DNA of 64,000 nt from a bacterium (GCA_044869275.1 JBIOXB010000223.1:1-64000); one strand, 5' to 3'. Shown: positions 10,969 through 21,888, counted from the first letter of the stretch. The notes: generated by a model from the letters alone, not told the origin. Translations and numbers: made by a program.

Positions 10969-13900
10969 TGCCTCGTGTTTTAAAATATCTGGCGATGCTC
11001 GCCGCCGGACTTCTGGTCTTTTGCGTCGCGGGAGCAGCCTTTCTCGAATCGCGCCTTTTCAAAGACTGGCTGGGCGATTTCCTGGCTGACGCCGCCAAAA
11101 GCAAGCTGCGCGGCGAGTTGACTCTCGGCCGGCTCGAAGGGAATCTGTTTCGCCGGCTCGAGCTCTCGCAGGTTTTGGTCAAAACGCACGGCGATACCGC
11201 ACTGTTCGCACCGAAAATTTCCATCACCTTCTCGCCGCGCGCGGCGCTGCGTAAAGAAGTGTTGCTCGACAGCATTTGTATTGATTCGCTGTATGCCGTG
11301 GTGCACCAGCTCTCCGACAGCTCGTGGAATTTCAGCCAATTGTTCGTGACCGACACCTCCGCGCTCACCTGGGTGCTGCACAGCGACCAAACCGAATTGC
11401 GCCACGCGCGCGTGGTCATTCGCCCGCTGGAACCCTCGCCGCTTTTGCCGCAAACCATCGAAAATCTCAACGCCCGCCTGGCCTGGACTTATGCCGACAG
11501 CGCGAAAAGCGTACACTTGCGAGAATTCAATCTGCGCACACGCGCGCCCGATTTCGAGCTGCGGGAGTTGTCCTTCGCCTTGACACAACGCCAAAACGAG
11601 CTGCAATTGCGCGAGGTGATCATTCGCACCGCGCAAAATCGCTTTGCAGGAGGCGCGCTTTATACTCGCGGCACGCCCCGGGCCAACGTGAAGCTCGCCA
11701 GCGCGCCGCTGCATTTCGAAGAATTCAATTTTGCTTTTCCGATGCTGCGCATTCATGGCAACCCCAATTTCGACGTGCGCACCCGCCTGCGCGGCGACTC
11801 GTTGCGTTTTCACCTCGCGATTCGCGAACGGGAGCAGGCTTTGGATCTGCAAGGATTCCTATCAGATTGGAAAAAGGAGCCGCATTACGCCCTCGCCGGA
11901 ACGATCGCGCACTTCGACGCCTCCACCTGGCTGCAAAATCCAAAATGGGCATGCGCCGTCAACGGGAATTTCGAGGTGGAAGGCCGCGGCTTTTCCCGGC
12001 ACGCTATGGCATTGCGCGGCAGCGCGGAGCTGCACGACTGCACCGTGTTCAAGCGCAACGTGCAGCAGGTTTCCTGGCATGGCGACTATGCGGACGGACG
12101 CCTGCGCAGCACTTTGAACGTACGCGGCGATCTGGGCGAGGCTTTCGTTAATGCCAGCATCGGCGATTCTCTGCATGCGCAAAATTTCAACGTGCGCGCC
12201 GATTTCAGGCGCTTGTACATTCCGCCGCTGACCGTGGCCGATAGCCTGCAAACGATATTGAATCTGGCCTTGGCGGCGCAGGGGCGAGGGCTGCTCCTCG
12301 ACACCCTGGAGGCGAAAATGCAAATCGCGCTCGGGCCTTCGCTTTTGGCGGGCGTTCCATTGGATAGTTTGTGGGGCGGCGGGGAGGTGCGCAAAAAGAG
12401 AATCAAGGTCGACACCCTGAATTTGCGCAGCCCGTTGGGCGATTTTCACCTCGGCGGCACGTTCAACCGCGCCTCGCGCTGGGCGCTGCGTTTCGACGGC
12501 CGGGTGCGCGATTTGAGCGAGTTGCAGCGGTTCGGGTTCATGTCCGCAGATACCGTGGCGGCCCGGGGCAAGTTTGCCGGCGAAGTGCGCGGCTTCAGCG
12601 ATTCCTTGAAAGCCCGTGGCGATTTTGCGCTCGAGCATCTGCGCTTCAACGATTTGGCTGTCGATACACTCACTGGCAGTGTCTTCCTGCACAGACAAGA
12701 TGGACAATGGCAAGGTAAAACGCACGTGCACGGCGAAAACGCGCAGACCGACGGCCTCAACTGGGATAATCGTTTCGATCTGCGCGCCAGCTTTGTCGAT
12801 AGTTTGGCGGAAGTCGGGATGGATTTTGCCCAAGGCGATAGCCTGCAGGGCCGGCTCCAAGCGCTGCTGCTTCTGGCCGACAGCCTGAAAAGTGTTGCGA
12901 TCACGGATTTTGATTTTCGTTTCAAGGATCAGGAGTGGTCCACTACACAAGATACGATGCGCCTGTTGATCGGCGAGAATTCCTACCAATTACGGGATGT
13001 GCATCTCGTCTCCGGCCGCCAGGCGATTCATGCGGAAGGCATTTGGGATTTGAATAGCGAGCTGAACGTGCACTGCGATTTGGACAGCCTCGATGTAGGC
13101 TCGTGGTCGGAGCTTTTCGCCGTACCCTTGCCTATGGCCGGCAGCTTGAATGCCCGCGTGCGCCTGCGCGGCACTGCCCGGAGCCCGCTCCTCAACGGCG
13201 AGATCGCAGTGCATCAGGGCCGCATCCATCGCATGCCATATGAAAATCTGCAGGCACAATTCCATTATGAAAAAGAAAGATTCAACTGGCAGGTGACTCT
13301 GCGCCAAAGCCAACTGAATGAATTGACGAGCGCCGGCTTTTTGCCCTTGAATCTTTCCTTCGTGAACCGGGGCAAAGTGCTGCTGCCGGAGGATTCGATG
13401 CGCATTGCCGTTAACCTGCCGGCGTTCGATTTGTCGGCGTTCAAAGCCGAGTTTCCGGATTTGCAGGAAGCCACCGGCAAGCTCGAGGGCAGTTTGGCGA
13501 TTGGAAATACGCCGGCCAGCCCCAGCGTGACCGGCGCTCTGCGCTTGCGCGAGGGCAAACTGGAAGTGCCGCGCTATGGCATGCGTTACACGGACGTGGG
13601 ACTGGAGGTGACGCTCGATGACCAGCGCCTGGTGCTCAACAGCTTGCAGTTCAAAAGAGACAAGGGCACGTTCACGGCCTCCGGCCATGCCGAGTATGAA
13701 AAAAACGGCCTGCAGAGCCGGATCACGGCAACGCAAATCAAACTGCAGGCGAACAACGTCTTGCTCACGAACCACCGCGCGCTGGAGCTGGTGGTGAACA
13801 GCGACGTCGAGGTGAGCGGCGACGCGGAGCGGCCGCGTTTTCAGGGTATCATCAAAATCGCGCGCGCCCGCGTTGATTTGCCGACGTTCTCGGAAGTTTA

Positions 13901-14819
13901 TGATGAGTACGAGGCGGAAGCACAAACCGCCATGCCCATGCTGGTCGCTGCCTCCGCAGTGCAGGATTGCACGGCGGCGGATGGGCACGCGGCAAGGAAG
14001 CGCAAGGAATCTTCGGCACTTTATCAAAACCTGCGCGGCAATCTGAAGGTGGAGATTCTGCGCAACACCTGGCTGCGCAGCCCGGCATTAAACGTTGAGA
14101 TTTCCGGCGAATTGAACGTGGTGAAGGACGGCCCGAATTTCGAAATCTTTGGACCCATTGAAGTGTTGCGCGGCACCTATGTTTTGCCGGGCATCAGCAA
14201 GAGCTTCGAGGTCGAGAGCGGCACTCTGGTTTTTCAGGGCGCTGCGGACTACAATGCCGAGCTCGATCTTTATGCGCAGCACGTTTTCCGCACCGCCACG
14301 CGCGAAAAAAAGACCTTGCGCGCCCATATCACCGGCCAGTCTTCTTCTCCCAAGTTTGCTTTTACCTTGGTCGAAGACAACAAAGAAATCACTGAAACGG
14401 ATGCCTTGTCCTACATGATCTTCGGTCGCAGCGTGGAAGAGTTGACGCAAAGCCCGGCGGTGGACAACGCCAATGGCAACGGCGCCAATACCAATTCCAA
14501 CAACGCCGCGCGTGAGGCCGTGAGCGGCATGCTCTCCGACCGGCTCTCGCGACGGCTGGGGCAGGAATTGGGTGTGGATGTCTTGCAGTTGCGGGGCGAC
14601 GAAAGTTTTCAGCAGCTCAGTTTTATGGTCGGCAAATATATCACCAACGATTTGTTCGTCAGTTATCAGGACCAATTGGGCACGTCTTACGATCCCAACG
14701 AATCAGCCTTCAGTACCATTACCGTGGAATATGAAGTCGCGCGTTTCCTTTTTTTGCAATTGATCAAAGGCGACACCAAATCCACCGGTTTTGACGCCAT
14801 CATCAAATTCGAGCGCTGA
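10968..14819 (+). CDS. translocation/assembly module TamB-like (AsmA-like) protein
   Basis: 1283 aa, N-terminal anchor, beta-rich, C-terminal DUF490-like VGKYITNDLFVSY..TVEYE; coupled to the Omp85 gene. Confidence 0.88.
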   Translation: MPRVLKYLAMLAAGLLVFCVAGAAFLESRLFKDWLGDFLADAAKSKLRGELTLGRLEGNLFRRLELSQVLVKTHGDTALFAPKISITFSPRAALRKEVLLDSICIDSLYAVVHQLSDSSWNFSQLFVTDTSALTWVLHSDQTELRHARVVIRPLEPSPLLPQTIENLNARLAWTYADSAKSVHLREFNLRTRAPDFELRELSFALTQRQNELQLREVIIRTAQNRFAGGALYTRGTPRANVKLASAPLHFEEFNFAFPMLRIHGNPNFDVRTRLRGDSLRFHLAIREREQALDLQGFLSDWKKEPHYALAGTIAHFDASTWLQNPKWACAVNGNFEVEGRGFSRHAMALRGSAELHDCTVFKRNVQQVSWHGDYADGRLRSTLNVRGDLGEAFVNASIGDSLHAQNFNVRADFRRLYIPPLTVADSLQTILNLALAAQGRGLLLDTLEAKMQIALGPSLLAGVPLDSLWGGGEVRKKRIKVDTLNLRSPLGDFHLGGTFNRASRWALRFDGRVRDLSELQRFGFMSADTVAARGKFAGEVRGFSDSLKARGDFALEHLRFNDLAVDTLTGSVFLHRQDGQWQGKTHVHGENAQTDGLNWDNRFDLRASFVDSLAEVGMDFAQGDSLQGRLQALLLLADSLKSVAITDFDFRFKDQEWSTTQDTMRLLIGENSYQLRDVHLVSGRQAIHAEGIWDLNSELNVHCDLDSLDVGSWSELFAVPLPMAGSLNARVRLRGTARSPLLNGEIAVHQGRIHRMPYENLQAQFHYEKERFNWQVTLRQSQLNELTSAGFLPLNLSFVNRGKVLLPEDSMRIAVNLPAFDLSAFKAEFPDLQEATGKLEGSLAIGNTPASPSVTGALRLREGKLEVPRYGMRYTDVGLEVTLDDQRLVLNSLQFKRDKGTFTASGHAEYEKNGLQSRITATQIKLQANNVLLTNHRALELVVNSDVEVSGDAERPRFQGIIKIARARVDLPTFSEVYDEYEAEAQTAMPMLVAASAVQDCTAADGHAARKRKESSALYQNLRGNLKVEILRNTWLRSPALNVEISGELNVVKDGPNFEIFGPIEVLRGTYVLPGISKSFEVESGTLVFQGAADYNAELDLYAQHVFRTATREKKTLRAHITGQSSSPKFAFTLVEDNKEITETDALSYMIFGRSVEELTQSPAVDNANGNGANTNSNNAAREAVSGMLSDRLSRRLGQELGVDVLQLRGDESFQQLSFMVGKYITNDLFVSYQDQLGTSYDPNESAFSTITVEYEVARFLFLQLIKGDTKSTGFDAIIKFER

Positions 14820-15182
14820 GAAAATCGAACAAGCGCGTGTGCCGGAGGCCAAAGCGTCTTTGGCACTGCCGGGTTACGCCGGCACCTATTCCTGCGAGCT
14901 GTACGGCGACGCCACCGTCACTGCAGAGGAGGGCAGGCTGGTGTTGCGCCTTGTACCCGCGCCCGATTTCGTGGGCGATCTCGAACATTGGCATTATGAT
15001 CCTTCCGCATAAAATGGCGCAGCTCCCTGGCTTATCCTTTTCCCAAGGGCTTCGTCACCTTCACGCTCGAGGCGCAGGGCAAAACCGATGAAATGAAAAT
15101 CGATGTGCCCAACAACGATTTCGATTTCAAGGAATTGGAGTTCAAGCGCAAGCCGGAGGAGGCCGCGACGAATGGCAGGTGA
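14820..15182 (+). pseudogene. remnant of serine hydrolase C-terminal DUF3471-like domain
   Basis: YAGTY..LYG..LEHWHYD, then 1-nt frameshift near 15001 to FRIKWR..FVTFTL..DFDFKELEFKR*; no N-terminus or start codon. Confidence 0.7.
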
Positions 15183-15669
15183 TCTCACCTTCACGAGAAT
15201 GCAAAGTGCGGACGAAGTCCATCGTTGTGCGCAAACGATGTCGACTTCCGAGCCCTGGCTCACGCTGCGCCGCGGTTACACAGAGTCGGTAAGAATTTTG
15301 CAGGATGCTGAAAAGGAGGTTTATGTCGCCTATCAGCAAGACGAGCTCGTGGGCTTTGTCATTATCGACATGAAAGGCGCCTTTCGCGGCTACATTCAAA
15401 CCGTGTGTGTTTTGACGGAATGGCGCGGTCAAGGAGCCGGCAGCAAGCTCATTGCCTTTGCCGAAGAGAGAATTTTCCGCGCAGCGCCGAACGTGTTCAT
15501 GTGCGTGTCTTCTTTCAATCAACAAGCGCAGAGGCTTTATGAACGGCTGGGGTATGAAAAGATTGGCGTCTTGACAAACTACATTGTTTCCGGCCATGAC
15601 GAAATTCTGCTGCGCAAATCCCTCGCGTCGTGGTCGGAGTTTCAGTCTCAAAGGGTATTTGAGAAGTGA
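15172..15669 (+). CDS. GNAT family N-acetyltransferase
   Basis: WRGQGAGSKL acetyl-CoA motif, N..AQRLYERLGY. Confidence 0.88.
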   Translation: MAGDLTFTRMQSADEVHRCAQTMSTSEPWLTLRRGYTESVRILQDAEKEVYVAYQQDELVGFVIIDMKGAFRGYIQTVCVLTEWRGQGAGSKLIAFAEERIFRAAPNVFMCVSSFNQQAQRLYERLGYEKIGVLTNYIVSGHDEILLRKSLASWSEFQSQRVFEK

Positions 15670-16730
15670 ACGAGGAGGGCATTGATTTGAAAAATCTCTG
15701 GCGCTTCGAGACCGCCATGACAAGGCGGGCTGGCTTTTTATGCCTGCTCAAGCTCGAAAATGAGGAGGCGAGATTGTTGAGATTTGTTTCTGGTTGCTTG
15801 TTGCTCGTGGCTGGTTTGCATGGATCAGTGGCTTACGCCTGGCACGACACTGGCCACAAAGTCATTGCCAAAATTGCGTGGGAGAATATGACTCCGGCCG
15901 CGCGCCAGCGCGCCGTTACTTTGCTGCTCGCCGCGCCGCCGGATGCAGATTTGGATTCGTTGTTTTTGCAGGACGCGCGCCCGCTGCCGCAACGTGAGCT
16001 GGAATTTTTTCAAGCCGCAAGCACGTGGGCGGACATTGTGCGCGATCGCGATTTCCCCGAGCGGCAAAGGAAATACCATCGCTCGAGCTGGCATTACGTC
16101 AATTTGTTTTGGGAGCAGAACGATCCCAAGCAACCGCCCAAAGACCGGCCCGACTTGAAGCCGGCGCCGGAAAACCTCGTCGAGCGGTTGCACTATTTTG
16201 GCGGCCTGCTGCAAAATGCCGCGAGCGATTCCAGTGAAAAGGCGATTGCCCTGGCCTGGGTGCTGCATTTGGTGGGCGATTTGCACAACCCCTTACATTG
16301 CGCGGCGCGTGTGTCCGCCGCCGAACCCGAAGGCGACCGTGGCGGTAATCTGTTCAAGCTCGACAGCGAAAGCAATTTGCACAGTTATTGGGATGGCATT
16401 TTTGATGCGGTGGTTACGCGCAAGCCCAATGAATCCGACCAAGACTATATCGATGGCATTGCGGCGATGGCGATGAAGCGTTATCCGAAAAACAAGCATG
16501 AGTCAAAGATGCAGGCGGGCAAGTATGACGCTTGGGCGAGGGAAGGGCTGACACAGGCGCAGCGTGTGGTGTATGCTTCCGAGCTGCAGCGCAATGCCGC
16601 GCCGCCGCGCAGTTATCGCGAGCGCACATATGAAACCGCCGAGGCCGCGGTCGCGTTGGCGGGGTATCGCTTGGCGGGAGTATTGAATCGCCTGCTGCAA
16701 GAGCAGGACTCTGGAAGAACCAGTTTTTGA
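15666..16730 (+). CDS. S1/P1 nuclease (secreted)
   Basis: WHDTGH, WAD, WHYVN, HLVGDLHNPLH, DRGGN, NLHSYWD, AGYRLA motifs; real start probably near 15774. Confidence 0.9.
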   Translation: MNEEGIDLKNLWRFETAMTRRAGFLCLLKLENEEARLLRFVSGCLLLVAGLHGSVAYAWHDTGHKVIAKIAWENMTPAARQRAVTLLLAAPPDADLDSLFLQDARPLPQRELEFFQAASTWADIVRDRDFPERQRKYHRSSWHYVNLFWEQNDPKQPPKDRPDLKPAPENLVERLHYFGGLLQNAASDSSEKAIALAWVLHLVGDLHNPLHCAARVSAAEPEGDRGGNLFKLDSESNLHSYWDGIFDAVVTRKPNESDQDYIDGIAAMAMKRYPKNKHESKMQAGKYDAWAREGLTQAQRVVYASELQRNAAPPRSYRERTYETAEAAVALAGYRLAGVLNRLLQEQDSGRTSF

Positions 16731-16740
16731 ACAACGCAGG

Positions 16741-16820
16741 GCACGGATTGAGCAGATTGACACGGATAAAATTACAACAATAAATCCGCGAAAATCCGCC
16801 TTATCCGCGGCATCCGTGTT
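16741..16820. repeat. REP-like imperfect palindrome of 9-10 nt CACGGAT/ATCCGYG units
   Basis: CACGGATT..CACGGATA left arm, ATCCGCG..ATCCGTG right arm, between convergent genes. Confidence 0.65.
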
Positions 16821-17719
16821 CAGGGTTTTAGTAGGACGTGTTGCCGCAACTCCAAACAGGTATTGACGTGAATGGTAACCGTGTCCTCGGTGTTATAAGC
16901 ATAGCCCCCACCCAAAGTCACTGCAATCGGAATCTTCTTTTCCTTCACCCAGGAATAAATAAGCTTATCCCTTTGCTGCAGCCCTGCAATGGACAGCTTC
17001 AAGTCACCGAGCTGATCGTGTTCGTAAGGATCGGCGCCTGCCTGGTATAAAACCAAATCGGGTTGAAATTTTTCCAGGATCTCGGGAATGTGGCGTTTGA
17101 GGTGATGGAGATATTCGTCATCACGAATGCCGTTGGGAAGGTGAATATCGAGATCGCTTTTTTCTTTGACCGGATAGAGATCGCGTTGGTGCATGGAAAA
17201 CGTAAACACCTCGCCGTCTTGCTGAAAGATTTTGGCGGTGCCGTTGCCCTGATGCAGATCGCAATCCAGCACCAGCGCGCGGCGAATTTTGCCTCGCGCC
17301 TGCATTTCGCGCACGGCCACGGCGAGATCGTTGAGATAACAAAATCCCTCGGCACGATCGGCAAAGGCATGATGAAACCCGCCGCCGACATGTGCCGCCG
17401 CGCCGCGTTCGAGCGCCAGCTCTGCCGCACGGATGGTCCCGCCACAGGCTAAGATCGACATGGCGATGATTTCGCGCGTCAACGGCAGCTCCGAATAAAT
17501 TGTGCGCGGTGTCGGGCGCAAATGGTGCAAGTCTGACAGATAGGCATCGGTATGTACACGCACCAGCTGCGCGTGCGTCGCCGCTTGCGGCTGGTGGAAA
17601 TCTGATTCCGCAATGGCATGCTCGCCTCGCAAACGCTCATAGATCAGCCGGTATTTTTCAATGGGAAAAACGTGGGGGCCGAGGTCGGCGAAGTAGTTTG
17701 GGGAATAGACGAATTTCAT
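16820..17719 (-). CDS. histone deacetylase family protein (Zn-dependent deacylase)
   Basis: GGGFHHA, GFCYLND, DCDLHQGNGT, YQAGAD, GGGY. Confidence 0.93.
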   Translation of the reverse strand: MKFVYSPNYFADLGPHVFPIEKYRLIYERLRGEHAIAESDFHQPQAATHAQLVRVHTDAYLSDLHHLRPTPRTIYSELPLTREIIAMSILACGGTIRAAELALERGAAAHVGGGFHHAFADRAEGFCYLNDLAVAVREMQARGKIRRALVLDCDLHQGNGTAKIFQQDGEVFTFSMHQRDLYPVKEKSDLDIHLPNGIRDDEYLHHLKRHIPEILEKFQPDLVLYQAGADPYEHDQLGDLKLSIAGLQQRDKLIYSWVKEKKIPIAVTLGGGYAYNTEDTVTIHVNTCLELRQHVLLKP

Positions 17720-17800
17720 GCTCTGGGAGTGTTTTGGAAATGGAATTGCTTCGCCGATGAAGCCGGCAACAACTGCACCCTCTCCGTCTCAAGCTGGCGT

Positions 17801-18919
17801 TCAGACTAATTTGGTGGCCAGCCCCAAAACCTTTTCATACTCCTCGTCGCGGTCTTTGCGCTCGTAAGCCTGCGCCAAGAGCTGCGCGAGTGAAATGCCG
17901 GCAACGTTTTTTTGAGACAGAGTTAGCGTTTCCTCGCCCCCGGGTTTCGTGATCAGCAGACGGCATTGTAACTCCCCGGTTTCCGGGTCTTGGTGGAGAG
18001 ATAGCACTTTCTGTTCTTCGGCATTTTGCGCGTGCAGTTGCAGGGAAGAAATATCGGGCTGGGCGGCGGCGGTCGTTTGAATCTCGCAAATGATTTCGCG
18101 GCCTTGATGTTCCCACGTTGCCTGAAAGGCGTTTTGCTGATAAGACAAAGATTCCATCAAATTCCAGCCCCATTGTGCCGCCAGCCAGCTCACCAGCAGC
18201 GCCGGTTGCCCGAGCCGGGCTTCATCCAATACGCCGCCGCCAAAAGTGGCGGAAACTTTTTGAATGTGGTGGTTTTGATCTCGAAAAGCTGGATGCGCGA
18301 GTGCCTGCGCCAAAACTTCCCGCCACGGCGCCAGCCGGTACCAGTTCAAATCGCCCAGCACGCCCGCCGGCCAATCTTCCGACAATTCGTGGGCGCGCGC
18401 GAGCGTGATGCCCAGTTCCGGGGCCAACGCCGAGTCGAATATCAACCGCGCGGAGGTCTTCTGCAGACGGTCGATCACACTCGAGCTTTCCGGCAAGCCT
18501 TGCACCGACCAAAACAAAATGGGCTGCATCGCCACGAGCAAGGGCCAGATTTTTTGAGGCAAATCTTGCTCGGTCTTCGCGCCGCGAATTCGAAAGGTGA
18601 TTTGTTCGCTGCTGACAATTTGAGAATGCGGCAGGGTTTGCAGCGCAAGATACGCCGCCGCTTCCTCTGCTTCTGCTTCAGGCTCGGCAAAAATGACGAG
18701 CGCGCGATGGGGATGAGCTTGCGAGAACTCCGCCACCGTTTCCAGAACCTGCTCGGCCAAATGCACGTCCGCGAGCAAAACCACCAAGTTCAATTCGCCG
18801 CGCCGTGCGATCGGGGGCGCGGCTTGCTGCCAAAGCTCACGCAACACATTCGCGACCGCGTCTATTTCCACCTGCGCTTTCTGGCCTTGCAACAAATCAG
18901 CGAGGGCATAGTCAGACAT
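17801..18919 (-). CDS. OpcA-like glucose-6-phosphate dehydrogenase assembly protein
   Basis: LNLVV..HPHRAL, EQI, RLIFDS, DLNWYRLAPWRE, WLAAQWGW, RDEEYE resemble OpcA. Confidence 0.65.
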   Translation of the reverse strand: MSDYALADLLQGQKAQVEIDAVANVLRELWQQAAPPIARRGELNLVVLLADVHLAEQVLETVAEFSQAHPHRALVIFAEPEAEAEEAAAYLALQTLPHSQIVSSEQITFRIRGAKTEQDLPQKIWPLLVAMQPILFWSVQGLPESSSVIDRLQKTSARLIFDSALAPELGITLARAHELSEDWPAGVLGDLNWYRLAPWREVLAQALAHPAFRDQNHHIQKVSATFGGGVLDEARLGQPALLVSWLAAQWGWNLMESLSYQQNAFQATWEHQGREIICEIQTTAAAQPDISSLQLHAQNAEEQKVLSLHQDPETGELQCRLLITKPGGEETLTLSQKNVAGISLAQLLAQAYERKDRDEEYEKVLGLATKLV

Positions 18920-19134
18920 ATGATCATCTCACTTTCCTGTTGGAGAGAGGCGGGAGGATGAATGAGCTCGCGCTCATACGGATTTATCATACACAAAATG
19001 TTTTGAGAATGCAATAGCGAGTTATCCTGAGCTACGACCGAGCCTGGCGTAAATGTTTTTTCGGCAGCACACGGATGGGTCCGGGCGAGGCGGCAGAACA
19101 GAAGTTTCTGCACACCGCAACCCGAACAAAGGCT

Positions 19135-19163
19135 TTGCATTTCTTGGCATCGTATGTTAGATT
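19135..19163 (+). promoter_or_regulatory. sigma70-type promoter
   Basis: TTGCAT-N17-TAGATT with TG extended -10, about 50 nt before the E1 gene start. Confidence 0.55.
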
Positions 19164-19213
19164 GGCCGAGTTTTTATTGGAAAGAACCGGTGAAATTTGG
19201 CAAGGAGGTTGCT

Positions 19214-21262
19214 GTGGCCGTTGTCGCTGCCCGTTCACGCCCCATTGAAGCTCCGAGTATCTCCCCGGAAACCGCGAGAGAGTGGTATAAGATCATGCAC
19301 ACCGGCCGGCTCATCGACGACCGTGCCGGGATTCTATTCAAACAAGGAAGGGGTTGGAGCTATCTGGCCACGGCGTCGGGGCACGAGCCGATTCAAATGG
19401 CCCTGGGCCAGTCGTTCCGCCCCAACAAAGATTATCTATTCCCGTATTATCGCGATCAAGTGACGTGTCTGGCCGCGGGCATTTCGATTTATGAAATCAT
19501 GCTCAATGGCATGAGCCGGAAAGACGACGTCGCGGCCGGCGGGCGGCACATGTCGAATCACTTTGCCAAGCCCGAAATCGGCATTCAAAACGTGTCGAGC
19601 TGCGTGGCCAATCATGCGCTGCACGCCGTGGGTTTGGCGCGCGCGATCAAATACTACAAATCCGACGCGTTGGTGTTTGCCAGCTTTGGCGAATCTTCCG
19701 CCTCGGAAGGCTACGTCTTCGAGGCATTCAACGGCGCCAGCCGCGAGCGCCTGCCCGTGATCTTTGTCATTCAAAACAACAAATACGGCATCAGCGTGCC
19801 GGTGCACGAACAAACCGCGAATGAAATCGTCGCGGATAATTTCGTGGGGTTGAAGTATTTGCACATCGTGCGTTGCGACGGCACCGATCCCCTCGACAGC
19901 CGTGCGGCCATGGACGAAGCCATGGACTATGTGCGCAAGGGCAAGGGGCCCGCGCTGGTGCATGCGCAATGCGCACGGCTCGGCCCGCATTCCAACAGCG
20001 ACAAGCAGGAGTCCTATCGCTCCGCAGAGGAGATCGCGCAGGCGCACACCATGGATCCGCTGCCGCGCTTCCGCCATTACATTCTTGAAAAGGGCCTGCT
20101 CAGTGAAGAAGAACTGGCCGCGATCGAAGACGAGAACAAACGCACCGTGAGTGAGAACGCCGCGCGTGCGGAAGCCGCGCCGCTGCCCGAGCCGAAATCG
20201 ATTTACGATTTTGTGATTCCCGAGGCGATACAGCCGGAAGAAACCCTCACGCCGGCAGAAGGTGCGAAGGAAAAAATGCGCGAGTCCATCAATCGCACTT
20301 TGCACGAAGAGTTTCGCCACAACCCCAACACCTTTCTGTGGGGTCAGGACGTGGCTTCCGGCGACAAGGGCGGCGTGTTCAACGTCACGGACGGCATGCA
20401 AAAAGCCTTCGGACGCGGACGGGTTTTCAATGCGCCGATTGCGGAGGATTTTATCGTGGGCACGGCCAACGGGTTCAGCCGTTTTCGCGACGACATTCGC
20501 GTGGTGATCGAAGCCGCGCAATTCACCGACTACGTGTGGCCGTCCATGGAGCAAATGGTTGAGCTGACGCATGAATACTGGCGCACCGTCGGCAAGTTTT
20601 CACCCAATATCGTGGTGCGCTTGTCCTGCGGCGGTTACATCGGCGGCGGCTTGTATCATTCGCAAAGCGCGGAAGGCGTATTTGCCAACTTTCCCGGCCT
20701 GCGCATTACCATGGCCGCTTTTGCGGACGACGCTGCCGGTTTGCTGCGCACTGCGATTCGCTCGCGCGGCATGACCATCGTGTTCGAGCCCAAGTTTTTG
20801 TACAATCATCCCATGGCGCAAACCGTGCAAACTGGACCGGAGCATTTCGTGCCCTTTGGCAAGGCGCGCATTCGCCGCCCGGGCAAAGATCTCACCATTG
20901 TGACTTACGGCAATGCCGTGCATTGGTCCTTGAAAGCCGCGGAAAAACTGGCGGAGCAGGAAGGCTATGAGGCCGAAGTGATCGACCTGCGGTCGCTCGT
21001 GCCGATGGACGTCGAAACCGTGCGCGCCTCCTTGCAGAAGACGAACCGTTTGCTCGTGGCCAGCGAAGATCACAAGACCGGCGGTTTCGGCGGCGAGATG
21101 CTGGCGCGCTATACCGAAGAATGCTTCGAATTGCTGGACGCCCCGCCGCGCCGCGTGTGCAGCAAGGATACGCCCATTGGTTTCAGCCGTATTTTGGAAG
21201 CGGCGACGTTGATCAGCGAACAGGATATCTATAATGAAGCGAAGGCGTTGGTGCAATATTGA
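19214..21262 (+). CDS. 2-oxoacid dehydrogenase E1, fused alpha/beta (branched-chain-like)
   Basis: AAGGAGG RBS before GTG; YYRD, TPP motif GESS..NN, HSNSD, FNAPIAE, GGLYHSQ, IDLRSL. Confidence 0.9.
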   Translation: MAVVAARSRPIEAPSISPETAREWYKIMHTGRLIDDRAGILFKQGRGWSYLATASGHEPIQMALGQSFRPNKDYLFPYYRDQVTCLAAGISIYEIMLNGMSRKDDVAAGGRHMSNHFAKPEIGIQNVSSCVANHALHAVGLARAIKYYKSDALVFASFGESSASEGYVFEAFNGASRERLPVIFVIQNNKYGISVPVHEQTANEIVADNFVGLKYLHIVRCDGTDPLDSRAAMDEAMDYVRKGKGPALVHAQCARLGPHSNSDKQESYRSAEEIAQAHTMDPLPRFRHYILEKGLLSEEELAAIEDENKRTVSENAARAEAAPLPEPKSIYDFVIPEAIQPEETLTPAEGAKEKMRESINRTLHEEFRHNPNTFLWGQDVASGDKGGVFNVTDGMQKAFGRGRVFNAPIAEDFIVGTANGFSRFRDDIRVVIEAAQFTDYVWPSMEQMVELTHEYWRTVGKFSPNIVVRLSCGGYIGGGLYHSQSAEGVFANFPGLRITMAAFADDAAGLLRTAIRSRGMTIVFEPKFLYNHPMAQTVQTGPEHFVPFGKARIRRPGKDLTIVTYGNAVHWSLKAAEKLAEQEGYEAEVIDLRSLVPMDVETVRASLQKTNRLLVASEDHKTGGFGGEMLARYTEECFELLDAPPRRVCSKDTPIGFSRILEAATLISEQDIYNEAKALVQY

Positions 21263-21287
21263 GTTGAACCTTCTCATGAAAAACACC

Positions 21288-21317
21288 AAGGCAGCGCGAG
21301 GCTGCCTTTTTCGTTTT
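21288..21317 (+). terminator. rho-independent terminator
   Basis: AAGGCAGC-gcgag-GCTGCCTT stem followed by T-run, just after the E1 stop. Confidence 0.7.
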
Positions 21318-21765
21318 AGGGAAACCAACGCCCGACACGAGAGCAGTATTGCTCATATGCTGCACCAAAGACTCTATGCAGGTGGGGCTCTTCATACAGC
21401 ACGATGACAAGATGAAATGTGCTTCCGGCACAGAATGCATAGAACCAGATGTGCCAGGAAGAGAAAAGCACCGCCCAGCCTGCAATGGTGAGGAGTACGC
21501 CGATATACATCGGGTTGCGTGTGTAACGGTACAAGCCCCGAACCACCAGCCGCTTTGGGGCATCAATGGGTGCCGGCGTGCCGCCGCCGAAGGCAGCAAA
21601 GTCCCAGACACACCAAAGGTAGATCGAGACTCCAATAGCGAAGAAAATCGACGCGATCGCAAAGTTTCCCGCTGGCTGGCCGCGCGCGATGCGCCACGGA
21701 ACGTACCCGGCAACCGTAGCCGGAACCAGCAGCGTAAAGACGAGATTCTTGACAAACAGGAGCAC
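21316..21765 (-). CDS. isoprenylcysteine carboxylmethyltransferase / PEMT family membrane protein
   Basis: GTPAP, GLYRYTRNPMY, EEPHL..FG..Y..Y. Confidence 0.88.
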   Translation of the reverse strand: MLLFVKNLVFTLLVPATVAGYVPWRIARGQPAGNFAIASIFFAIGVSIYLWCVWDFAAFGGGTPAPIDAPKRLVVRGLYRYTRNPMYIGVLLTIAGWAVLFSSWHIWFYAFCAGSTFHLVIVLYEEPHLHRVFGAAYEQYCSRVGRWFP

Positions 21766-21888
21766 AGGAGCGTGACCTCGGGAAAAGCGATCTTTGTGAC
21801 AACCAGCACGGCGCTCTCACCGCGTTGATACATGATGCAGGTCGAGGGATTGCCGTTGATCCGCTCGAACGCCGCGTCTACGTTATGC

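Noticed and set aside
21770..21888. Possible ParE/RelE toxin remnant (VDAAFERINGNP..)
   Set aside because: Too short and degenerate to support without a search
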